DNA of 61,869 bases, the filler included, from Choristocarpus tenellus KU-1152 (Eukaryota > Protista > Phaeophyceae): the NCBI GenBank assembly GCA_964200185.2. It is 12 parts of 12 records of this genome, joined end to end, with 100 filler letters (N's around TTAATTAATTAA, not from the genome) between each part and the next. Parts side by side here need not be neighbours in the genome. Positions count along the whole stretch, not along the records: positions 1 to 5,663 come from CAXNAD020010091.1; positions 5,764 to 9,577 come from CAXNAD020017776.1; positions 9,678 to 15,649 come from CAXNAD020009284.1; 9 more parts are not named here. The stretch is one strand, 5' to 3'. Both the position numbers and the translations under genes were made by a program. The notes beneath the pieces were generated by a model that was not told the origin of the DNA, ran no database searches, and saw only the letters and a program-made list of their open reading frames with translations. Shown piece by piece: positions 1 to 9,787 of the stretch; position 1 is the stretch's first letter; every line of letters starts with the position of its first letter.

Positions 1-55
1 AGGGGCCCCAAATGGAGAGCCCCCCCCCCCCCCCCCCCCCCCAGATACTTCAAGC
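1..55. mobile_element. MITE family A, terminal fragment at window start
   Basis: CCCCAAATGGA subterminal motif, poly-C, then CCAGATACTT terminus as in the complete copies. Confidence 0.7.
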
Positions 56-566
56 TGTTATGTCATTTTGTGGTATTGCACTCTTCATTGTGTGATTGAA
101 CCTTCACTAACTTCAATCACTGCCTTATCTTGTGTTCTTGTCTGACCTTTCTTTTCTGAGTGGGGGTATTGTTGGTGCTGATGAAGTGCCCCCAATGTTA
201 AGAATATGTTTTTTATTCATGTGTAACAGATGATTCTGTAGGGAAACATTGAGTTGTTGAACTATTGTTGGATAACGGGATAATTGATAGTAATGTCTTT
301 GTGAGGTGACTACAATAATATTAGGGTTTAGGGTTATTATAGTACAACAAGAATCCTAGAAAAGGAATGTTGTAGCAAGTAACACAGATTGAGTGACGAG
401 TTATTAGTGATCAGGGATGAGTAAAAGGTTTATCGCCCCCCTTCTTGATGATGTGTATCAATCACTCCAACTTTCTAACTCCTACAACATAGCTGAGAAG
501 GAATGAATCTACATATTTCATTATCAACATAGCTTTCCTCTGTGTGTGTATGTGTTTGTTGTGCAG

Positions 567-638
567 GAAAGCTGCAGAGAATGCTGCCCGCTTGGCGGAA
601 GTGGAAAGTCGACTGGACGACCTCAAAAATAGAGTATA
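567..638 (+). CDS. Possible terminal exon of a coiled-coil protein (KAAENAARLAEVESRLDDLKNRV*)
   Basis: Follows a GT-rich tract ending TGCAG; heptad-like translation ending in TAA; no other exons linked. Confidence 0.35.
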
Positions 639-1634
639 ATGTTTGTGTTTGTTTTGTGTACTTGTGCTCTTTGTGTAGATGCCATTGCTATGCCTTTCCT
701 GGTGAAGTCGTTTGCTGCCCTGCCTCCAGCTGCCTATAAAGCCGTTCTCATTAGCTAATACAAAGAAACTTCACAGAGTATGTGAGAATAAATTGTCACA
801 TTTTTCACCATGGGAAACAATAGGCTGCCAAAGGGCCAAAAAAAGTGGCGGTTATATTTTCCGTTGACGAGAACGCCCATACTTCCTACTGTAGTTGCCC
901 TATCTGCATAGCTGTTCTGTTCCTCTGCATTTTGAGATCAAATGCAATGAATACAATTTGCATATTTTATCCTGTGCATTGAGTGTCTTACATGGGAATT
1001 GTGAATTGGCAGTGCTCTGCGGTGAGTGCCCGAGGCTACTCTTGGTCGTGGTTGTGGTGTTGGTGAGGTGTTATTCTAGTTTATTCTAGGGGGGACAGTC
1101 CTGATCATTCAAGAACAAGGAAGAGGTGTGCATGGATTGTTAGTGTTACAGTGGAGAGCTATCTGTTACTAGAATTTATTGCAGTTGCTGTTGTTGACTG
1201 CTGTTTCCTTGCCATTATAAGAATATCCCGAACAGATCAAGATTGTCATGATCATTGCTGATAGGATCAAGGGGAGGAGAGACGAAAACGTTTTGGGTGG
1301 TAACCTGGGGATGAACAAAATAGACTAGGCTATCGTCTATGTTGGTGTGCCCGCAAGAGGCAGAACCGGCAATTGAAGCAATGAGTGATGGAAAGTTGTT
1401 TGGGTGTGACCAGGATTGATTCTCTTCTTGCAGAGGGAGATAAAAAGAAATGTGTGCTTTCTTCAATAGGGGTTTGTGATGTCTAGGTTGAAGCCGTATC
1501 TTTTTCTGTTGTGTCCACTTTTTTTTCTGGCCGCTACTCCTGAATGGTGAGCGTCAGGGTACTTTAACCTTGAATATAATCAATATTAATGAACAAGTAA
1601 ACATCGGTTCTTGCCCATTTTTTCTCGCCCATTT

Positions 1635-1812
1635 GACCCAAAGTATCTGGGGGGAGGGGAGTCTACACCAGGGTGTCCATTTGAACCGTAACCAGGAAAA
1701 GTGCGCGTACATGATCCATCTGACGTATGCAGCCAAATCACCCCAAAATCGCGACATGGAAAAGATCAGCCCCAAATGGACAGCCGCCACCCCCTCCCGG
1801 ATGCTTTTAGCC
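1635..1812. mobile_element. MITE family A, complete copy (178 bp)
   Basis: GACCCAAAGTATCTGGGGG ... CCCGGATGCTTTTAGCC inverted termini; internal GTCCATTTG/CCAAATGGAC; flanks ATTT/TTTT. Confidence 0.85.
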
Positions 1813-2714
1813 TTTTGTTGCTACTATTAATAGTGATGGTAGTGCGTTCATCTGTCTCGTATTTTGTTACGCAATTTGTTGCAAATATATTTATGGTGTG
1901 AAAGCATATACAATATGTGTACAATGTTCATTGAGTGGCACTCTTCACCCTTCAACGGGTCTTACAAAATATCCTTTGTTCGCATCAAGAACTACAAACT
2001 CTGGAGTAGATAGTAAAGGTCGATGCGCTGGGGGTTACATCACCTTTTTACTATCCCCCGTGAGACTTAGAATGTCGTAGACTTCATGGTAACAAATATA
2101 ATAGGTCTATGCCTTTTTGTAGCATTAGTTGTGAGTTATTTGAAGAATTCCTTGCTAAGATAATACACACGTACACACAATACTGTATACATGGAACACA
2201 AAAAGAGTGAAAAGGATGCTGCACTGTACACACCTCCCTACACCTCTTCTACCCCCTTTGTAGTGGGTATGTTATTTGTATCTCACTCTGTCGTAAGTCT
2301 TCAACGTTAAGGGCGTATCTTCTCAAGATGACTTTGGATGAAAAAACGGGTTTTTTTACGTTGGAGTTTTTGATATTCTTCGATGAAAATCACTCTTCTT
2401 CGCTTTCTTCGTCCATCAATCCACTGCCACACCGAAAGCGCTTCAGTCAATTCTGACCGATTTTGGCAGACTTCCCACACACTCTGCTTTTCTTAGTTGT
2501 AGAGTGCTGTACCTCGAAATTGTTCCCCCCTAGCGCCTCCAAAACCTACTTTTTATGGATGCAATGAACCCCAAATCGTTGATATTGAGATTAGGTGACT
2601 GTGCAGGCTGCATTACGAGCTTGGCACTCCACCCCCCACCGTCCCAGCTTCGTTGAGGTTATGCAGCAAGTCCTTTCTGGTATGGAGGGTCGCTCCGTCC
2701 TGGTGGTGCGTGAC

Positions 2715-2972
2715 GAGTGAAAGTATCTTAGAGGGTACGAGTTTTGCCCTGTTTGTCCATTTGGGGCTTGGCTTCCATCAAGTTTTTTTAAGACATTTTC
2801 CGAGTCCAAAATATTTCGGAGTAGGTAAAATGTGTACATTATGAAAAGGTGTGTCCGGAGCAAGGATATTGACACTTCCTAACAAACACAATAGCCAAAT
2901 TACATCAAAATTGCAACATTGGATTTTGGCCCCCAAATGGACGCAGCTCTACCCTCTAAGATACTTTCTGTT
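2715..2972. mobile_element. MITE family B (about 258 bp), inserted in the mariner transposase
   Basis: GAGTGAAAGTATCTTAGAGGGTA ... TACCCTCTAAGATACTTT inverted termini; flanks TGAC/TGAT. Confidence 0.9.
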
Positions 2973-3219
2973 TGATCGCCTCCTCTCCCTCCAACCACGG
3001 CATTTCTCCAATGCGGGGAGAAAGGTCTCCACAAACCACTCTCAGTACCACTCGGTGTCGATGGTCATATCCAAGTCGTACTGCCATCCCCTCCCACAAC
3101 AGATCAAATTTTCCTCCGGCTGCTTGGTGACGCAAACACGCTTCGATCTTGTTGTCGAAATCGAGGGGAGGATGAAGGCGCAAAAGACTGTAGATGAACA
3201 TCACCTTAGGAATGTGACC

Positions 3220-3399
3220 AATTCAAAGTATCTTGGGGGAGGGTGACGGCTGTCCATCAGGGGCCCATTTTTCCATGTCACGGTTTTGGGTGATCTGGTT
3301 GCATGCATCGGATTGATAAATGTAAGTCCACTTCTCCTCGTCAGGGCCCAAATCGGCACCCTAGTGTAGACCCCCCCCCCCCCCCAGATACTTTGAGCC
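3220..3399. mobile_element. MITE family A, inserted in the mariner transposase
   Basis: TCAAAGTATCTTGGGGG ... CCCCAGATACTTTGAGCC; splits the KVQHKS/HIPKVMF motif. Confidence 0.88.
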
Positions 3400-3899
3400 G
3401 CTCTTGTGCTGTACCTTGGTGGAGCCCACCCTTCCTTCCCAGAGAACACGCAGACAAGCTCCCCGTCATGGATGAGGTAGAACCATGCTTCCTCAATATG
3501 AATCGTGTTGAGGTCACCTCTGAAATTGATGCGGTTCCTTGCTGCTTGGCTACGGGACTCGTGTCGCGAATGGTTCGGACGCTTAAGCGACAGTCGTACG
3601 GTGCTTGGTGAGGTGTTGAGATGTTGTGTGACAATGGGGGGGTTGTACCTGTCGCCAATTCCACCGTACTGACTGAAAATCGGTGAGAAAAGGGCCACTT
3701 TTTCGGTTCCACTTCTCGTAAGAGATTCAGAACTGTTACAAAACAAAATGCAAAAACCAAGAATCCCCTAGGAAAGTCTTCGTATGTGTGAAGAAACGTC
3801 CAAACCAAATGTGAAAATTCATAATGTCGCAGACTTATGGAACAGACCAAGTACTTCAATACACAAAATTGTGCGTGTAGAAGAATTTTGTAAGATAGA

Positions 3900-4015
3900 G
3901 GGTCAAAGTATCTGGGGGGGGGAGGGGTCTGCACTGGGGCGTCCAAATGGGCCCTTGTGTTAAGTGTTGGAAAATAGTATGAAATGTTGTGAAAAACGCA
4001 TAATGGAGTGTCTTA
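3900..4015. mobile_element. MITE family C end (same TIR, different interior)
   Basis: GGGTCAAAGTATCTGGGGG followed by an interior matching the reverse complement of 60620-60794. Confidence 0.7.
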
Positions 4016-4019
4016 AGTC

Positions 4020-4520
4020 GTAGGGTTGGTCTTTCTTCGGTGGAATATTGCATAGTCTGCATCTAGTGTTTGTACTTGGCGCTTTAGATGTTGGAAACGT
4101 AGCCTTTTGGGGGGTCGATTTCTGAGGTGGGGTGTTTTGGTTGTTGGTTTGTTGTGAAGTGCGGATTCGATTGGTTCATCTCTTGTGGGTTTATCACCTT
4201 CATGGAGTGGGATTAATGTTAATTGAGGTAAGGATTTATGGTTTGTCATATCCAGCGGTAAGCAATATGTGATTTTCAATTGACGGAGAGGGCCTCGTCA
4301 ATTTGGGAGGGGTGTGAAGGGATAAGTATTTGTGCGAATTCTATGTACGTTAAAGGGGTGCGTGGGGATTAGTTGGCGACAGGTGTATTGCATTCGCATT
4401 TGTATATTTTGGAGGTATGTAAATTATGTCCTTTGTGGAGCGGGGCATGTGATATCAGTGTCGAAAAAGCGTCCTACGTGGGAGAGGGAATGTGCGATCC
4501 TTGATTGTTGTCTCCATAAA
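4020..4520 (-). pseudogene. Possible decayed Penelope-like GIY-YIG endonuclease region
   Basis: Broken motifs DITC, TKDIIYI, MQY, IESAL, PPKGY in plausible order; heavily degenerate. Confidence 0.35.
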
Positions 4521-4995
4521 TAAAGGGTGGAAGGAGGAACGCGCATATAAAAGACCACACTAGAAGGGGGATGCAACGAATTCTTTCTGCAGCGATGTTT
4601 ATTTTATCTGTTATGTGTGAGAATATCTGCTTTTTCTAGCAAACACAAAGAGAAGTAACTTAAATTTTTCCAATGTTAAAATTCTATACATACATTTCAA
4701 ACTACTACACCATGTAATATATACCAGTAGTCGTAAGGAAAATAATTGACCACGAAACAGGTTGTAACCGTCTATAAGTAAAAATCAACACAACATCCAA
4801 AGGTGAGGCAGCACATGTACGCCTAAAAGGAACGACATAGACTTAACATCCAATTGTAATTAAAATGTAAAATGAACCCTGCCTCAACAACACACGTCCG
4901 ACCTCTACTATGATAGGACGGGATGTCCACGGCAGGCATGATGTCCTGGATGGATGAGGGGAGGGGGTGACACACGACTACGAATTTCGAGAATA

Positions 4996-5253
4996 GAGTC
5001 AAAGTATCTTAGAGGGTAGAGCCGTGTCCATTTGGGGGTCAAAATCCAATGTTGCGATTTTGATGTAATTTTGGCTATCGTGTTTGTTAGAAAGTGCCAA
5101 TATCCTTGCTCCGGACACGCCTTTTCAGGATGTATCAGTTTTATCTACTCCGAAACATTTTGGAGTAGGAAAATGTCATAAAAATCCCAAGGGAAGCCAA
5201 GCACCAAATGGACAAACAGGGCAAAAATCGTACCCTCTAAGATACTTTCAATC
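4996..5253. mobile_element. MITE family B, complete copy with 4-bp TSD AATA
   Basis: GAGTCAAAGTATCTTAGAGGGTA ... TACCCTCTAAGATACTTTCAATC; AATA at 4992-4995 and 5254-5257. Confidence 0.92.
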
Positions 5254-5299
5254 AATATTGTAGCGCGTCCGACTCGCTGCAACCTCCGTTCCATATTAC

Positions 5300-5577
5300 G
5301 GTCATATGGGGCTGGTCCAGAATCAGGAGCTCGGCTCCGCGTTAGGCTCCGTGCTGTATTGTTGTTGAAGAAGCTGGATATTTCGTACCTCGCCATTCTC
5401 CCATTTCACCTCATAAGGATAGTTGAGTCGCTCCTCTCCCACTGGTTCCGTATGGCGGGGCTCGTATTTGGTGACGGTCCCTCGCATCCACTGCCCATCC
5501 ATTCGAAAGTACAGTCCCCTGCCCTTGGCTCTTGAATGAAGTGTCCCTTCCCCGTCCAAAACTGGCACAACCCTCAA
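5300..5577 (-). pseudogene. Coding-like fragment with a Tudor/SH3-like pattern (GQWMRGTVTKY...YEVKWENGE)
   Basis: Natural-looking beta-barrel motif; in-frame TGA interrupts it; no clear exon context. Confidence 0.35.
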
Positions 5578-5663
5578 TGATGGTTCGAGGAGTGTTAAGA
5601 ATATGCTTTTTATTCATGTGTAAAATATGATTCTGTGGGAGAAACATTGAGTTGTTGAAGTAT

Positions 5664-5763
5664 NNNNNNNNNNNNNNNNNNNNNNNNNNNNNNNNNNNNN
5701 NNNNNNNTTAATTAATTAANNNNNNNNNNNNNNNNNNNNNNNNNNNNNNNNNNNNNNNNNNNN
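5664..5763. other. Artificial contig spacer (N-TTAATTAATTAA-N). Identical spacers at 9578-9677, 15650-15749, 20520-20619, 23833-23932, 32048-32147, 36168-36267, 39268-39367, 42053-42152, 52209-52308 and 58825-58924
   Basis: Eleven identical 100-nt N blocks containing a six-frame stop linker; genes are truncated at them. Confidence 0.97.
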
Positions 5764-5833
5764 TTTGTTTTTTGTTTTTTTTTTTTGTTTTTTGTTTTTT
5801 GTTTTTGTTTTTGTTTGTGGTGTGGTGGTGGGT

Positions 5834-5880
<47 letters not shown>

Positions 5881-5886
5881 TGCAGA

Positions 5887-8137
5887 TCTAGATTGGCCGG
5901 TTTGAAGGCAGCAGTGAAGGGGGAACAGGAGCTGAAGTCTATGGAGGGAGTGATGCGCTGCATGGCTGCTGCTGTCACTGCTACTGTGAGAGCTGAGAGG
6001 TAAGTAGGTCATACTCCTCCTCCAGCCCCCACGCGGCCTAGGTATCGAGCTTTTTGTTTGGTATTTTGATGATTATATCATTAGGATTGATATTTTGATG
6101 AATATATCATTAGGGTTGATATTTTGATGATTGTATCATTAGGGTTGATATTTGGAGGATTATATCATTAGGATTGTTATTTTGATGATTATATCATTAG
6201 GGTTGATATTTTGAGGATTGTATCATTAGGATTGATATTTTGAGGATTGTATCATTAGGATTGATACTTTGATGATTATATCATTAGGGTTGATATTTTG
6301 ATAATTGTATCATTAGGATTGATATTTTGATAATTGTATCATTAGGATTGATATTTTGATGATTATATCATTAGGGTTGATATTTGGAGGATTATATCAT
6401 TAGGATTGATATTTTGATGATTATATCATTAGGGTTGATATTTGGAGGATTGTATCATTAGGATTGATATGTTGATGATTATATCATTAGGATTTTAATA
6501 TTGTAAATAGAGAGGTACATAATTGAGAAACAAGGGTCTGTCATATACTGAGTAGTAGTAGTACCAACTACTCCACGTCATTCTCCTTTCATTGGATGAC
6601 TGCTATGTAGCGCTCTATAGCCCTTTGAAGAGTGTATTGTACTTGATTGAACGAGGTCAGTGGATGCTATTCTTCAGTAATAAATACTATTAGTTGTACT
6701 ATTAGTTGTACCTCTTTTTTAATGTAGATGGAGTGTGAGTCTTTGACCAAATTGGGGTGCTTGAATAGCGAGGGGTTTGTTATAGTGTTGGTTGGATGTT
6801 TGAAGGGAGTCGATATGATCCCCGTCATTTTTGGTGCGTTTCTCAGAAGTGCTAGTACATCGTACCACATTTAAATATTCAAAGATACCTAATGGGGTTC
6901 TTTTGGTGTGTGTGCGTTTTTGTTTGTGATGGAGGGAGGTGGTTTGTGTTGTGACCATGTAGGCAGTGAAGTGGACAACCGATGGCATGGCATTGTGAGA
7001 GTGCTAACTAGGTACCCTGAGTTTTATTTTAATTAGTAAGCCTTGAGAATGTTCACGGACTTGTTGATAGTGACAATAATGATTTATTTATTTTTTACCT
7101 TTCCTTCAACAACTTTCCTTCAACACGACTAAGAACGGGAGAAGTGTTTTTTATGGATGTTTTGGTTGCAACACTACTGGTAACACTATTTTTAACACTA
7201 CTCATAACACTACTCATAACACTTCTCATAACACAATTTGTGCCGCTATTGAGTATGTTGGATGGTGACCATCGGATTTCTTGTGAGAAATGAGGAGAGT
7301 AGGGCGTTTCAATTCCTGCAATCACAATCAATCCCTCCATTACTACCAATATCAAAACATCAAAATACCACCGCAGCCACTCTAGGGAGAGAAAAAACAG
7401 AGCTTCCACAACACAGAAGAAGCCCGATTGGTCCAATCTCAACTAGGAAAGGCGAAGAGCTTGATTCGTGTCGTGTGCTCTTGATTCAAATGATTTCAGT
7501 TACATTTTTATTTTTATTCTTGAGGCGGTATTTTGATAGTCACATGCTGCATGCACCCTAGGGCTGCGGCTAGCCAACAAGTATTCTTAAAAAATATATA
7601 TTTTTACGAATGTGATTTTTTTTTTTCTTTGCATGTATTATTAAACCAATAGGATTGTTGCTCGACCCGAAACACAACCATAGTGGCACTTTTTTTTGTT
7701 TTATTATTATGGAGTGCTTAGTTCGTGCTGCATGAAAGTACAAGCTTTGTTTTTTATTTTAAAAAGAAAAATAATTGTCTGTCTCTTGTTCTGTGAGCGA
7801 CGCACTGAATCACAACCAAAAATAATAATAATAACAATAATATGTAGGCATTTGATCGTAATAATCACACGACATGAGTTGTGTCACTGGATGCACTCAA
7901 CAGGGAGGGAAGAGTTGCAGCGTCAAACGGTGGCAACTCTCAGGTGAAGATCAACTCTCAGGTGAAGATCAACTCTCAGGGGAGTGGCAAGGTGAAGGAT
8001 GTGGACACCCCTGGTGCAAGAGATGTTGCCAAGAGGTGGTTTTTGACTGCATCAGATGCTTTGGAGAGAGTGAAGGATGCAGCGTTAGAGATAGACTCTG
8101 CGATCTCATCACTGCTACAGCGGCATCGGGAAGAGGT

Positions 8138-8208
<71 letters not shown>

Positions 8209-9478
8209 GGAGAGAGATGGGGGTACTGGAATTGTAAGGGGTGTGTCTCATGAGGGTTGGGTGGTCTGGTGGAGGTGGCTGGTTCAAGGGTTAGGGTTAG
8301 GGTTATTTAAGTGTAAAAAAATGTGTACGGCAGTCGACCAATTTTATTAAATTATTTTTTTTTTATCATCTCTTACTTCATTATTTTTATTCTACTGTAT
8401 CTTACATATATTATACAGTACCTTACGTACATGAAATTGTTATTTTTATTCTACTGTATCTTACATACATTATACGGCACCTTATGTACATGAAATTGTT
8501 ATCTTGTTGTACTTCAAAGGTAGTGTATTTTATGGTAATCGAGAGAGTGGATGTTGTTTGGGCGTATGATGTGCCTTGGGGGTATGGTTGACAGGTGAAC
8601 AGTTTGTATGTGCTTTTAATGAGGAATAAAAAGAAAAGAAAATCAGGTTTACTGTTAACGTGTTCATCACACAGGTGCTATGTAAACTCCATGTAGAGTG
8701 TGCCCAGTAGACCCCCCTTTTTACATGTATGTATATATATTACTATGTGTGTGTGTGTGTGTGGGAGTGAGGTGGTATGGTATGGTATGGTATGGTATGG
8801 TATGGTATGGTATGGTATGGTTATGGTATGGTTAGGGTATGGGAGTGTTGTATTTTAAATAGTTTTTTTTTCTGGGTAGTAGTTTTTGTGTACGGTTTGG
8901 TTCTCTGTTTTGCTGATGGTCCCCATGCAACAGAGTGTGATAGTGTGTTTGTTCTCCAACTACTATTTACGATGGATTCACCTTTTTGGGAGAAAAAAAC
9001 CTGCCTCACTATGTGCACAAACCGAGCGTACTCTTTGTCGCTGATCATTTATTTTTTTTCATTAAAAAAAAAAAGTGTATTTTTTTTCGCAGAGGTTGGG
9101 GGTAAGAATAATAATATAATAATAATAATAACGATAATAATAGTGATTTTGTAACGAGTCTTTTTTTTTTTCCTCTAATAATAATAATAATTGTGAGAAG
9201 TATCGGTTTGTTCTCTCTCTAATTTTTATTTTTTTTTACTATATGCTGCATACACTTGTGTCATTTAACAGACACATATCTTGAATCTTCCGGGTTTGCC
9301 TGCGCCTGTGTCTGCATCTTTGTCTGTGTCTACGTCTGCGTCTGCGTCTGTTTGTGCAGGAGGAGGAGAGAGTCAGGCAAGAGGAGGAGAGGATCAAGTG
9401 GGAAGAGGAAGAGCAGAGGCGTGTCTTGAGAGAGGAGGCAAACAGAGCCATGGAGCGTGCCAGGCATGTGATGAATTG
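5887..9478 (+). CDS. Partial multi-exon gene for an unknown coiled-coil protein (exons about 5887-5999, 7904-8136, 9360-9478)
   Basis: AG/GT-bounded open segments: ..KAAVKGEQELKSMEGVMRCMAAAVTATVRAER|gtaag; ..ARDVAKRWFLTASDALERVKDAALEIDSAISSLLQRHREE|gt; cag|EEERVRQEEERIKWEEEEQRRVLREEANRAMER. Confidence 0.6.
6060..6495. repeat. 29-bp minisatellite, about 15 copies (GATATTTTGATGATTATATCATTAGGRTT)
   Basis: Tandem units read directly; no spacers. Confidence 0.95.
6720..6990 (-). pseudogene. Possible Penelope-like RT-to-endonuclease linker remnant
   Basis: KRTPLGIFEYLN and NPSLFKHPNL resemble the PLE linker; similar in composition to 15900-16520. Confidence 0.3.
8380..8502. repeat. Tandem duplication of about 59 bp
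   Basis: TTATTTTTATTCTACTGTATCTTACATA...GTACATGAAATTG occurs twice. Confidence 0.85.
8775..8830. repeat. (TATGG)n microsatellite
   Basis: Read directly. Confidence 0.95.
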
Positions 9479-9717
9479 TAGTGATGTTGTTGGGTTGTTA
9501 TGCCACTGGGGGGCAGAGGAGGGGGTGTTGCTGACTGAAGGAGGGTATTGGTTAATTGTGTTGATGGTTGTACAATCNNNNNNNNNNNNNNNNNNNNNNN
9601 NNNNNNNNNNNNNNNNNNNNNTTAATTAATTAANNNNNNNNNNNNNNNNNNNNNNNNNNNNNNNNNNNNNNNNNNNNAAAAAAACAAACAAAAAGAGAAA
9701 AAGAAAAAAAAAGGGAG

Positions 9718-9766
9718 AAAAATGGACCCCGACACCCCCCCCCCCCCTCCCTAGATACTTTGACCC
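9718..9766. mobile_element. MITE terminal fragment near contig start
   Basis: AAATGGACCCC, poly-C, then AGATACTTTGACCC. Confidence 0.7.
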
Positions 9767-9787
9767 ACACATCTCTTTCAGTCATAC

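Larger units (their letters stand above)
2400..3720 (-). pseudogene. Decayed Tc1/mariner transposase of plant-mariner (about DD39D) type, interrupted by two MITEs
   Basis: Frameshifted minus-strand motifs in the expected order: NTIHIEEAWFYL, KVQHKS-HIPKVMFI, FDNKI, FVETFLPA, MPWL, HQDGATLH, GWSAKLVMQPAQSPNLNINDLGF; about 40 aa between the 2nd and 3rd Asp. Confidence 0.85.

Noticed and set aside
321-336. TTAGGG tracts as a chromosome end
   Set aside because: Only 2-4 units, internal and scattered across many contigs
2280-2460. Penelope-like reading (RRISKTPT..FFHPKSS)
   Set aside because: Lies at the 3' end of the mariner transposase fossil, and the similarity is too short to separate from chance
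7874-8350. Poly-Gly and poly-Pro ORFs (also at 5712-6012, 37339-37756, 39016-39323, 60620-60988)
   Set aside because: Translations of G/C homopolymer runs
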